From Antechinus flavipes (taxonomy: Eukaryota), in the NCBI RefSeq assembly GCF_016432865.1, contig NC_067400.1:612746001-612810000 (forward strand): a stretch of 64,000 bases of DNA, in the 5' to 3' direction. Shown piece after piece: positions 50,980 through 64,000 of this stretch. The stretch's first letter is position 1; every line of letters begins with the position of its first letter. The notes beneath the pieces were generated by a model, which made no database searches, had not been told where the DNA came from, and was given only the letters and a program-made list of their open reading frames with translations. The position numbers and the translations under genes are program-made.

Positions 50980-51540
50980 TCCCCCAACACACTCGTCCTT
51001 GGGGAATCCCTAATAAGCTTCTCCTTACACTCCCCTGACACACTTGTCCCCACACACCCATCCCTCTCAGGCCCCCCGACACACTTATATTTACACTAAT
51101 CCTGACACACTCGCCTTTGCACAATCACAACACACTTATCTTTACACACCCCCTCGCAGGAATCCCTAATACGCTTCTCCTTACACTCCCCTGACACACT
51201 TGTCCCCACACACCCATCCCTCTCAGGTCCCCCTGACACACTTATCTTTACACACACCCTCGCGGGAATCCCTAATACACTTCTCCTTACACTCCCCTGA
51301 CACACTTGCCTTTACACATCCAATGCTCTCAGGCTCCCCTGACACTTATGTTTACACTAACCCTGACACACTCATCCTTGCACAATCGCTCCCGCGAGGT
51401 CTCCCTGACACACTTATTTTTACACTCCCCCGACCCCCGCGCCCTCCCCCGACCCACTCATCTTCGCACGATCGCCCCCGCGAGGTCCCCCTGACACACT
51501 TATTTTTACACTTCGCCGAACACACTCATCCTCAGCCCCT
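50980..51540. repeat. Degenerate composite tandem repeat in SUPT5H intron 1
   Basis: Recurring blocks GGAATCCCTAATAnnCTTCTCCTTACACTCCCCTGACACACTT (near 51003, 51159, 51265) and CCCTGACACACTTAT(C/T)TTTACAC. Confidence 0.75.
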
Positions 51541-51559
51541 CGCCCTCACGGGGTCGCCC

Positions 51560-52150
51560 TGACACACTCGCCCTTACACACGCACACGCACAGCTCCGCC
51601 CGGCCCCTCCAGCCACGGGCCTTACCCCCGGGCGGGTCAGCGTCGCTCACTCCCGGGTTGCGCGGCTTCGGCTCTGGCTCCGGCGGACGCGACGTCAGAC
51701 GAAGCGGCGGCGACGGCGACGGCGGCGGCGGTGACTGGGGCGGCTTATCTCTCGAGAATTCGCGAGAACCGGAACCGCGACCGCCACCTTGGGAAAGGCA
51801 GAAAACAAGCCCGACTTCCGGCCGAAGGGCGCCATCTTAGGAGAGGCATAGGAGACAGGATGTGACGCATTGAAAGGAGGCGGGGAAAGACGGCGGGGTG
51901 GGAGAAGTTGGAGCCGAGGAGGAAAAGACTTCTGAACGTGCTGGGGAGCGCACGTGGGCTCTGGAGCGAGGGGGGGAGGGGTGCCCGTGACGTCACAGAA
52001 GGGCCAAACCCCCCCCCCGGGGGGGAGGGGGCCGAGGGGCCCGAAGTGCAACTTCGCGTGCGGCGTCCCAGATGGCGGAGCCCTCCTTTTGTGCATCGCC
52101 GCTTGCTGAGAAGCTGTTTGCCTTTCCTTTCTCAAAAAACGCTCATGCCC
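51560..52150. promoter_or_regulatory. SUPT5H CpG-island promoter and non-coding first exon
   Basis: Candidate donors after 51651 (GTGAGC) and 51626 (GTAAGG); ETS CCGGAAGT near 51814-51821; YY1-type AAGATGGC 51838-51831; full CRE TGACGTCA 51988-51995. Next exon acceptor at 50256. Confidence 0.75.
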
Positions 52151-52289
52151 CTCGTACAACTAGTCCTAACTTCGGGCCAAGGAAAATGACATCATTATTT
52201 CATCTTCCATTTTACAAAAAAGGAAACTGAGGCCGAGAGTGTGACCGGCCAATAAGCAGCCCGTGGCTTTGGGGGTGCTTTTTTGGGTT

Positions 52290-55200
52290 ATGTTTTCCAT
52301 TTTTTTCTAGCAAGCATTTTTTTTTTCCTCCCCTTGCATTGGGAAAAAAAAAAATTGGAACAAACTTTCCTACTCAAGCAAAACAAAGTGCTGCAATGTC
52401 GTGTCAAAAATGTATATCTTTTAAAAATAGTATTTTGCTTTTTCCAAGGACATATAAAAATAGCCTTCAACATTGCATTTTTGTAAGGTTTTGAGTTCCA
52501 AAGATTTTTCTCTCCCCCTCCCCCCCAGCACACAATCTGGTATATGTTATGCATGCATAATTATTTTGAACATATTGCCATATTAGTCACGTAGTGGAAA
52601 AAAAAATCAGAACAAAGGGGTGTGTCTAGCTGACAGCTAGATGGTGCAGTGTTTGATAAAGCACTGAAGTCCCCAGGCCGAGAGATCAAATCTACCCGCA
52701 GACGCTTAACATAGATCCTGGGCAAGTCCCGGAAGCTAGAGGGCCTAAAAGAAAAACAAAAAAATTACGTCTCGGTATTGTAAGTCCTGAATGTCCTGTC
52801 ACGAGGTTGGTCGGACCATCAGAGATTTGGTCTCTACGATGCTGTTATCATGATGTAAATTAATATTTCCATTTAATTCTGCATCAGCTTGTACAATCCT
52901 TTCTCAGAAACTCTGTCTTGTCATTTCCTATGGCTCACATTGATAGGCTTGTAGGGGTTCTTCTCTTCCTTTGACTTCTTTGGGAGCATCCTGGGTGTGT
53001 ATGTATGTATCCAGATGGCCTGAGCTCACAGCTCTACCAAGAGTGCATCAAGTGTCCATCTTTTCCTGAAGCTCCTTCAGTATTTGTCACCTTTGCCAAT
53101 CTGATGAGGATGTGGGTTGGCACTGCAAAGTTAAATTTCTTAATTATTAATTTGGAGCATTTATTTTTCCAAAACATTTTCTTTTTAATAACCTGGATTT
53201 TTTTTTCCCATTGAAAATTGAGTTTCACATCCTTTGGCCACTTATCTATGGGAGAAAAGCTCTTGTTCTTATCGATTTAAATGAATTCCTGTATATCTTA
53301 GAAATATCAAATACATTTTATGCAAAGATTTTCCCCCAATTAACTTTCCCTTCTAACTTTAACTATATTGATTTTGTTTGTGCAAAAGTTATTTCATTTT
53401 ACGTAATCAAAATTTCCCTTTTTATCTTATTTTGTTTCATCTCTTTATCTTCATTTAAATTTTTTTTCTATTCACATTTGATCATAAACTCTTTCCCCAG
53501 ATCTGAAAGCAAATTTTTTCGTTGCTCCCCCAATTTGTTTATAATGTGACATTTTCTATTTTAACACATGAATCTATTTAGTGTTTGTTTACCTTGATAC
53601 ATGATGGGACGTATGGGTCTAACTAAGCCTGGTTTCTGCCAAACTTCCAGTTTTGCCAGTATCTTTTCCCAAACTGTAAGTCTATCATTATTACACCAAT
53701 GTTGCTCGGTGGTATCCAACTCTTCATGACCCCGTTTGGGAATTTTCTTGGCAAGGACACTAGCATGGTTTGCCATTTCTTTTTCCTGCTCATTTTACAG
53801 ATGAGAAAACTGAGGCAAACAAGGTGAAGTGAGTTGCCCAGCATGATACAGCTAATCAGTATCTGAAGCTGGGTTTGAACTGAGGAAGATGAAATTACCT
53901 GATTCGGGGCTCAAATTTCTAATACAATATCAAGTAAGAGTGTTGATAATAGACTTTATCTCTGATTTTACTAGAAAAGCCTCAAGTTTATTTTCATCAC
54001 CTATAATATGAACTCTTGGGGACAGCAAAATGCTATTTACCATATTAAAGAATCCATTTTTCCTATATTTTTTAGTATTTTTAACAGAAATGGGTGTTGT
54101 ATTTTGTCAAAAGCTCTTTCTGCATCTATTGCTATAATAATATTTGTTTTTTCTTGTTCTTCATATGGTCTATTAAAATTTCCTACTATTGAACAAATAC
54201 TGTACTTACAGTAGACACACAGCTCGGTCAGAATGTCTATCCTTTTTACTATGACATTGAAGCCTCTGTCAATGTTTTCTTCCCAATTTTGCATCTATAT
54301 TCATTAGGAAGTTGCCTATAATTAGCTTTCTGTTTTGACTCTCTTTGGTTTAGGCATCAAGATCATACAGACTTACATAGTAGAAGAGATTTCTTTAGTA
54401 TCTCATATTTTCCCATACTATTAATATTATAAATATATTTTGAAATTTCTGACTCAATCAGTAAACATTTATTAAGCAACTTTTATTCTCAGGTACCCGT
54501 CAGTCCTTGCCTTCGGGGAGCTTATCTAATGGAGAAGAGAATATGTAAAGAAATATATGCAATTTTTGTTTTTCTTTCCGAGTTGTTTTTACCTTCTGAA
54601 TCCAATTCTCCCTGTGCAACAAGAGAACTGCTCGGTTCTGCACACATATATTGTATCTAGGATATACCGCAACATATCTAACATATATAGGACTGCTTGC
54701 CATCTAGGGGAGGGGGTGGAGGGAGGGAGGGGAAAAATCGGAACAGAAGCGAGTGCAAGGGATAATGTTGTAAAAAAATTACCCTGGCGTGGATTCTGTC
54801 AATATAAAGTTATTATAAAATAAAATAAAATATTAAATAAAAAAAGAAATATATGCAAAATAAGATATATACAGGATAAATAGGAAATAAAAATTAACTG
54901 AGGGAAACTGGAACTTAGGAGATGTTAGGGAAGGCTTTCTTTATTATTATTATTAATGCTTTTTATTTACAAAACATATGCATGGGTAATTTTTTTCAAC
55001 ATTGACTTTGCAAAACCTTTTATTCCAAATTTTCCCCTCCTCCTCCCCCACCCCCTCCCCTAGTCAGCAGGCAGTCCCATACATGTTAAATATGTTAAAG
55101 TATATGTTAAATCCAATATATGTATACATAGCTGTATAAATTGCTGCACAAGAAAAATCAAATCAAAAAGGAAAAAAATGAGAAAGAAAATAAAATGTAA

Positions 55201-56700
55201 GCAAACAACAACAACAGAGAGAGTGAGACTGCTATGTTGTGTTCCACAGTTCCCACAGTCCTCTCTCTGGGTGTAAATGGCTCTCTTCAACACAAGATCA
55301 CTGGAACAGGTTTGAATCATCTCATAGTTGAAGAGAGGCACGTCCATTAGAATTGTTATTGTTATATAGAATGATCTCCTGGTTCTGCTCGCTTCACTCA
55401 GCATCAGTTCCTGTAAGTCTCTCCAGGCCTCTCTGAAATCGTCCTGGTGGTCACTTCTTAAGGGAAGGCTTTCTACAGAAGATGGGATTTTAGTTGGGAC
55501 TTTAAGGAAACCAGGGAGGTCAGCAGGCAGGTAGATCACCTGGTATTCCAGACCTGGATTGGAGTTGGGGGTCAGGGTACATAGCTAGAAAGAATGCCTA
55601 GAGCCTGCAAATGAAGTGTCTTGTTTTGTTGTTTTTCCCCTTGAGTGTCACTGGATTGAGACCCAATGAGGGGGTGGAGGGAGAGTAAAGTATAAGAAAT
55701 CTGCCAAGGTAGAAAGGGGCCAGATTATGAGGCTTTAAGGCCAAATAAAGATTTTGTGTTTGATCCTAGAAGCAATAGGGAGCCCCAGGGGTTTATTGAG
55801 TGAGGGTGATGGCTCCACCAGGCCCTCGCTTTAGGAAGATCACTGGTGGCTGAATGGGGAATAGATTGGAGTGGGGAGAGACCTGAGGCAGACCTCCCAC
55901 CCCCACCCCCCACCCTCAGTAGCAATGGCAATAATCCAGGCAGTGTCAGAAGAGAAATTGACAGGCCACAACTTCGATGAGGGGAGAGGGGAATGAGGTC
56001 TGTTCAATTTGTTTTTCTAAGATTATTTACATTATTTATATTCTCTACTTATTTTGTTGGTCTGGGCACTTTATATTTTTGTAATTATCCATATCATTTC
56101 AATTGTCAGTTTTCTTGGCATATATTTGGGCAAAATACTTCCAAATAATTCCCTTTATTTTTTCTGAGTATTCTCCTTTATCATTTTAGTTACTGGTAAT
56201 TTGGTTTTCCTATTTAAAAATTTCAATGAGTTTTTATTCCGGTAACTTTAACTTTCAATGCTGATATTAGTAATTAAACGGGGTTTTGCTTTCAATTCTA
56301 TTAATCTCTTTGATTTCCGGAATTTTGGTTTTGGAGCTAAATTAGGCTCATTAAATTCGGTGGTTTTCTAAGGTTTGTTTTACTTGCATGCCCATTTATT
56401 CGACTGTCCTCCCTTTTGTTGATCTGTGTTTAGAAAGATATATTTTTCCCACAGGGCCGTTTTATCTGTATCCTAGCAACTTTGATATATTGTCCCAGAG
56501 TGGTAATGAAATGATAAGTCATTTCCATGATTTACTCTGACTCATAAATTCTTTGGTTCCCAATTGATCCCACTTGCCCTATAATTTACTGAAGAAAATT
56601 TGTCATTCAATGGTCAATAAAGATTGTGTTCCATATTTCAGCATTGGCGTATTAACTTTGCACCAGACCATGAGTCAAAGTACCATCCTCATCCTGCACA
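52290..56700 (-). mobile_element. Nested repeat cluster: antisense LINE-1 ORF2/3' pieces with inserted SINE, L1 and L2 fragments
   Basis: Antisense L1 motifs at about 52290-52620, 52770-53680, 53900-54450, 54940-55460 and 56000-56700; Mar1-like SINE about 53680-53900; L2-like about 55460-55980. Confidence 0.65.
54547..54858 (+). mobile_element. 5'-truncated young LINE-1 3' end with 16-bp target-site duplication
   Basis: AAAGAAATATATGCAA at 54547-54562 and 54843-54858; body closely similar to the element at 8845-9030. Confidence 0.85.
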
Positions 56701-57199
56701 GAGCCATAAATAAATGGATCATTGATAATTGAGTCACTTTGTCAAAGCCCTACCCAGAAGCTCTAATCCTACTTGGGGAAATGAAGGGATGAAAGGGGAA
56801 GAAACAATGAGGAAGTCTGGCCTCCCTTGAGTGATGGTGATGTGAAACTTCCTAGCTCATTCTCAGATCAGTTCTCCCAGCCCTGTCTGAGGGTATAGAA
56901 TGATGAGAAAGAGGTGGAAACCCTTAATCAGGTCATTCAGCCTCCATTATCTCAGTGACACGAGGCAGAAATTCTCGATCATATGCTCTCAGAGGCTGTG
57001 GTGCAGGGTATGAGCAGTTAGGTCTTCACAGATATTGTCAAAACAGGATGGAGGGTGAAATATCTGGTTAAGAGATCTCTAACCAATCACCCAGTGAGCT
57101 GTGAACTGGCTAAGCAACCGATGCTGACAAAGGGGCCCGGGCCTACACAGGCTAGGGTGAGTACAGGGCCACCAAGGGGACTGCAGGTCCGGCAGTGCC

Positions 57200-57648
57200 A
57201 CTTTGTAATCCGGGCCTTGAAGGGGGGCTGGCCGGCTCCCACATTCAGAGTGTCTCGCCTGGGAGAGTCACCCTAAAGGAGTGACACTGCTCCCGGACAA
57301 GCTTGCAACTGGGGAAGCGGCGGGCTTGCTCCCCAACCCTGCTGCATCCCAAAGGGCCTTTTTGAGAAGACCATCCAGTCAGTGTCTTTTGGGACAAACC
57401 TGAAGGGAACTTCATTTTTTTCAGGCTATCTCTGGGACAAACTCCACATCTCAATACACATCCTTGTTACTCCCGGATCCTGCTCCCCAGCTATAAAGCT
57501 ATAAAGCCTCATTCAGTATGGCTGCCTTTGCTATTTGTACTTGCTTGAGCCCATGAAGCTGTTTCACATAAAACTCGTGAATCTTTGATAGGCGCCTACC
57601 TCACGCCTTGTGTCGGTTGAACCTTTGTGCTCTCCCAAATCTACTTCA
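57200..57648 (+). mobile_element. Possible LTR-like fragment
   Basis: Duplicated CTATAAAG near 57491, CATAAAAC near 57567, ends ...CTACTTCA; no TSD found. Confidence 0.3.
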
Positions 57649-57729
57649 TGTTATCGCTTCTGGTTTTTTTTTTTTTTTTTTTTTTTTACCACTTTGGTGC
57701 CATTCACAGCTTGACTGTGCTCACAGTAC

Positions 57730-58030
57730 CCAGAGCAAAGCAGAAACCAAAGCCATCTCTCAGGGTCAAATCTGGCCTTGGCACTGAATAGCTGTGTGAC
57801 CTGGGCAAGCCCCTTCACCGTTTGCCTTGGTTTCCACATCTGTAAAAACAGCTCTCCACCCAGGCCCACCCAGCCAAGAGCTTGTCCTGGAGCCTCCTCC
57901 CTTTACCGCAGCCACAGTAGTGCAAGTTCCCAAACTTCAGGGACAATCTTTGTTTTTTTCCTATTTGTATCCCAGGACTTAGCATTTAAGAGTGAGGCAC
58001 TTAGTAGGTGCTTAATAAAGATTTATTCAT
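57730..58030 (+). mobile_element. MIR and L2 3' fragments
   Basis: GCTGTGTGACCTGGGCAAGCCCCTT...CACATCTGTAAAA and GCACTTAGTAGGTGCTTAATAAA. Confidence 0.6.
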
Positions 58031-59632
58031 GGACTGACAAGGTTAGAAGGAGTGATGATCCTTAGAGCAATTAGATGGAATCACCATCCATAAGGGCAGT
58101 GACCCCGGCTCTGGACAGGGACTCCACCTTTGGAACCTTGTCCTGGGGAGGATGGCATGACCTGCTGGGGCTCCCTCCGGGGGCATCTGGCAAAAGTGCT
58201 AGGCCATGACAGTGGCCCAGCTAGTTAGGTGAACTGGTTGTCTCCTCCCTCCCGGCTCCGGTGCCATGATCGCTCAGGGTAAACAGCCACAGTGGGTTCT
58301 AGGGGGGCGGCCCCTGGGGACTCCCTTATGGCCCAGCACAGGCTTGGCACTTTAGAAAAGGGTAAGGGCACCTTTCCTCCACCTCCTTCCTTCCTGCTCT
58401 TTGCTATCCTAGGGCCTCTTGATCTGGCCTCCCCACAGTATCAGAGACAGCCCCTAAACCTGGGTGACCTCGTCAGCCTCGCTCTTCTCTCCCCCACACA
58501 CGTAAGGCAGCATCCCATCCTTCCCACCCCCAAAAGTCTTGGGCAATAATTCCAGGATCCCGGGGACTTTTGTCCCCTGTGAACTGAGGGGAACGTTGTT
58601 TTGAAACTGGTCAATTTGGAAGAACAGTGATAACTGGGAGGAAAAATAATTGCTTTGTGTGGGCTTCAGAAACGAGCCCCCCTAAATGTGATTTTCCACG
58701 TGTCCACGCTTGCTGGGTCAGTCACAGTGAAGGCCCGGCCTCCAACCACAGTCCAGGAGGCAGGACAGGACGGGAGGAACCCACTCGGCAGCCTGGTAGC
58801 CTCGGCAAAGGCCCGGAGAAGGCAGGACGGTCGCAGGAGGACTTGTCCAGGGTCCCTCAGCGAATCCCAGAAGCCCAGCCTTCTTTCCACTCCAACACGC
58901 CGGGCTTCGAAGGACGAGTGGGTGAGATGTGGACAGGGAGAGTTAAGTTAGCGGGGGTCACTTGAGGAGGAACCCGGAGGGCAAGGGAGCTGAGGCGGGA
59001 ACCCTGGCACCCCCTTTGGGGAGGTGAGCGGTGCGGCGTGGCCGGAGGGAAGAGATGGGAGCAGGAAGGAGCTAGGGCAAAGGAGAGATCACTCCTGACA
59101 CTTAAGTGCCAACTCAGTGCCTCGCCGAGCGCCGGGGGCTCGTGAAAAGTGGGCACAAAGGGGCACTGGAGGAAGGCCGCGGGCAGAAGGAGAGGGCGAT
59201 GGCAGTCACAGCTGCCTGTGGACAGGGCCGGGCTCTGAGCTCAAGCCCACTCCTCCTTCTCGCCAGGGAACAAGCCCCTGGTCCCCGAGCTCCGCCTCCG
59301 GCCCCGTCTAGGACCCGAGGCCCTCCCTGCAGGGGTGGGTGCCCCATTCACCTCCTCTCTCTTCTCTGGGACTTCCCTAGTTCCCACCCGCCCTCGGGCC
59401 TGCTGGCGTTCCAGATGTAGAAGCAGTGACGGGACCCCAGAAGCCGAGGCTTCTAGAGCCCAAAACTAAGGGCGGAGGTAAAAACTGGGGTGTCAAGACC
59501 GGATTAAGGGAGACCCTTTTCATTCCCCCACTTCCGTCCCCTCCCTGCTTCCCTGAGGGATACCTGGGGACGTCTCCGGGGAGCGGAGGGCTGTGCGCTG
59601 AGGAGGGTTGGGGCCGGCTTGGCCATGGCCCC

Positions 59633-60573
59633 TCACCCAGGCTGATGGGCTCCAGCACAGGCCACCTGCAGCAGCTCCAGAAGTTTGGCCAAGAACTGGG
59701 GGACAGGCCTCTCGGGGTGCCCCTCGCAGAGGGGGCAGGGTCCCGAGGCAGCTCCCCCCCTGGGTCCCCACAGGTGGGACCCCAGGTGTTCCAAGGAGCG
59801 CTTCAGCCGGTTCACAGTCCTCCCTGTCAGTGGACCCTCCTCGTAGCCAATCACAGACAGTTCCAGGGCAAAGCAGTGCAGAACCTCCTTTGGGCACACC
59901 TACAGAGACCGCCATCTCCGTCCTGCCCTGCGGCTCCCCGGGCACAGCCCCAGCCCCATCCCATTCTGCGGCCTTCCCCTGGCGGGCCCACCGCCTCCAT
60001 CCTGCCCCGGGGGGCTTCTAGCAGAGACGCCCGACTAGCCACGCCCTCCCGAGGGGCCCCATCATGGGCCCAAACAGCGGCTCCTCAAAATGTGCCCCCC
60101 AAGACCCCAAACTGCCAACTTGAGGCACATCCCCTCCCAAGGCAGGGGACTCCAAGGGAAAGGGTGGGGGGGGCGGGGACACTTGCCTCAGACCCCCCAG
60201 GGCCAACAGGTTTGCCTCTTCTTAAGGGCCCTTTCTCCTCCCCCCCAAATATCAGAGAGAAACGAGGGTCCCCCAGGGGAAGGGGACAAGGCCGAGCATA
60301 CTCACAGAGAGACTGTCCGGAGTATAGAGGGTCCCATCATTTCTACTGCCCTGGGATTGGAGGGGGCAAGAGCTGGCCACCGGAAGGTCCAGGCTTCGCT
60401 TCCAACGCGCCTGCCATCCCTCGCCCCCTCCCGGCCCCACCAGCCTGCCCACTCACTAGGTCCTCCATGATAGCTACGAGTCCCTCGAAGGGCTCCCAAG
60501 GGCAGCTGGGGGGCCCCAAATCGGGGCCCCCCACGGAATGAGTCAACACAAGGAAGGCCCAGAAGAGCCACAT
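59633..60573 (-). CDS. IL15L: Interleukin-15-like cytokine (IL-15L), 3 coding exons, 142 aa, intact ORF
   Basis: Exons 60573-60457 (117 nt), 60350-60306 (45 nt), 59899-59633 (267 nt), phase-0 GT-AG introns. Protein: MWLFWAFLVLTHSVGGPDLGPPSCPWEPFEGLVAIMEDL-GSRNDGTLYTPDSLS-VCPKEVLHCFALELSVIGYEEGPLTGRTVNRLKRSLEHLGSHLWGPRGGAASGPCPLCEGHPERPVPQFLAKLLELLQVACAGAHQPG. Signal peptide; D.TLYT, C...CF.LEL.VI..E.G and C..CE......FL motifs of IL-15; the 45-nt exon equals the IL-15 D.TLYT exon size; location next to SUPT5H/RPS16 fits the known IL-15L locus. Confidence 0.92.
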
Positions 60574-62172
60574 GAGGGGTGGCAGGGAGGGGAGGGCCAC
60601 CCATCTCCCCGGCCTAGGGAGCAGGGAGACTCAGGCACCTGGAGGAGACAGAGGGGAGGGACAGGGTTAGAGTGCAGGGGGGAAGGGCAGCGTCCTGAGA
60701 GCCTGCGGTGCACAGACGCCCCCAAACCGCAGGCGGAGGTGTGCCGGGGAGACCTTAGCTTCCGTGCCCCCCCATCCCGTGTGCCAGGTTACCTGCCACA
60801 TGTCGGCCCTGGTTCAGGCAGCCGAGGCATCTGGGAGGGCAGGGGAGAGAGCCCCCTCCCTAGCGGGAGCACTTGCCCGCCTCAGTTTCCTCCTTTCACC
60901 TGGGGGGGGGGGTCCTACTTGGGCTGGGCTGTGCAAACCTTCCTGCTAGCTCTTCTGCACTGTTTGGCTCTGCGTCCTCTGTCAGCCCAGGGCTCACCAG
61001 GCGGGGGCCCGGCCACCTTGGGGTCCCTTTCTCTCCCCTCCCCACCCCGTCACTCACTCATCCTTGCATCTAGGGGGCTCCTCCGCTCGGCTTCAGCTAG
61101 GAATGACAAGTGGGCGGTTTCTGGCTGGACTTGGAGGCAGCCCCTCCCCAATCCGGCCGGGCAGCCGGAGAAGGTGAAGTGCCGGACGTCATCGGGGCGC
61201 CAGGGATACATGGACACACCCCCTCCTACCTTTGACCTCCCTGGGGAGAAGAGTAAGCTAGGGAAACTGAGGCGGCTCAGAGGAAGAGGTGCCCCCCTCC
61301 CCCCGACCGAGCAGCAGGGACGGGAAGGGCTGGCAGGCTTCTTGGGGGGAGGGGCTCGGAGGGGGCTAATTTGGGAAGGGAAGACCTAAGTGAGTTTGGG
61401 GAGAAGGGTCTTGGGGGGGACTTGAGGAACTCTAAAGCGATGGGAGACGAGGAGGAAGGAATCTTAAAATGGAGAGGGTCCGGAGCAGGGAGGCGGTCTT
61501 GAGGGAGGAGCCTGGAAAGGTCTGGAGGCAAGTCTTGGGATCCGGGGTGTGGGGGGAGTCTTGGGAGCAGGGGGAGGGAGGGGCCTGGGAGGACTCGGGA
61601 GTGTGGAATGGGGGGGAAGAGAAGCTGGAGGCAGAAGTCTTGGGGTTGGGGAGCTGGAAGAGGCTTGGAGTCTTAGATTGGAAGAGTTGGGGTGCGGATC
61701 GGAGGTGGAGGGGTAAAGGAATCTTGACGGGGGGAAGGTTGGGGAGAGAAAAGAGAGAGCAAGGCAGGAGTTGGGACTGATGGGAATCTGGGAGGGAGGG
61801 AGTCGGCTAGGATTGGAAATGGTAGGGGGCGGGCTCAGGAGGTAAATGATGGGAGACTCAGCCAATAAGGACCGACGTCACTTCACGCAGCTGGGTTATT
61901 GGTTCCTCCTTCGTATAGAAAGGTCAGGCTCCGCCCCTACCGTAAAGTGCCACCGCCGTACTTCCCAGGCCCTGCCCTCTTTCTCCGCTGACTGGCTTTG
62001 CCGAGTGTCTGCGCCTGCGCAAACTCTGGAAAACAGCCCTCGCCTCCGCGCCCGTTCCTTTCGTGCTTCGGCGCCGCGCGGGTGAGGAGCTCACGTCTCC
62101 AGCTTCTGTCGCCGCCGCCACCGCTTCCGCCGCCTCCATCCCTGCTCTGCGCCCGCGTCGCCCATCGACAGC

Positions 62173-63797
<1,625 letters not shown>

Positions 63798-64000
63798 TGA
63801 CTCCTTTAGCTCTCCCTTCATCTCTTTTGGGAAGAGAAAAGGCAAAGGCAACCCCAGCTCCCTTGCTTTTTTCTGCTCAGAGTGAGGGGGGCGTAGCTGT
63901 ACCTTCTGTTAAGACATTGAGCTAGAGCAAGGTGGCCCTCTGTGCTTATGAGCTAATCAGTGGAAGACATCATTCCTCCACTTACTCATTACCTTTGGAA

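Noticed and set aside
59426-61389. 371-aa and 283-aa plus-strand ORFs antisense to IL15L
   Set aside because: Pro/Gly-rich, no recognisable domain, and expected in very GC-rich sequence.

Overview
Mammalian genomic DNA, most likely a marsupial (inferred from CORE-SINE/Mar1-type and marsupial-type L1 3' ends), with two assembly gaps (16707-17003, 17286-17648). The window matches the RPS16-SUPT5H-TIMM50-DLL3-SELENOV block of human 19q13.2. I reconstructed exon by exon, checking GT/AG boundaries and phases: SUPT5H (29 coding exons, 1086 aa, minus), TIMM50 (11 exons, 366 aa, minus), DLL3 (9 exons, 653 aa, minus) and the first two coding exons of RPS16 (plus). Three results stand out, and the ORF track does not reveal them. 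(1) A five-exon SELENOV-type selenoprotein gene lies 3' of DLL3. It has a 25-nt exon with an in-frame TGA, a well-formed SECIS, and an apparent GxxU in place of CxxU; this family is described as placental-specific. (2) DLL3 keeps a canonical DSL domain and intracellular lysines, both lost in human/mouse DLL3. (3) An intact three-exon IL-15-like (IL15L) cytokine ORF lies between SUPT5H and RPS16, with out-of-frame upstream ATGs. Positions 1-14.8 kb, 27.8-31.7 kb and 52.2-58 kb are AT-rich and repeat-dense. Comparisons with human/mouse proteins use sequences as I recall them and need confirming by alignment. Repeat boundaries are approximate.
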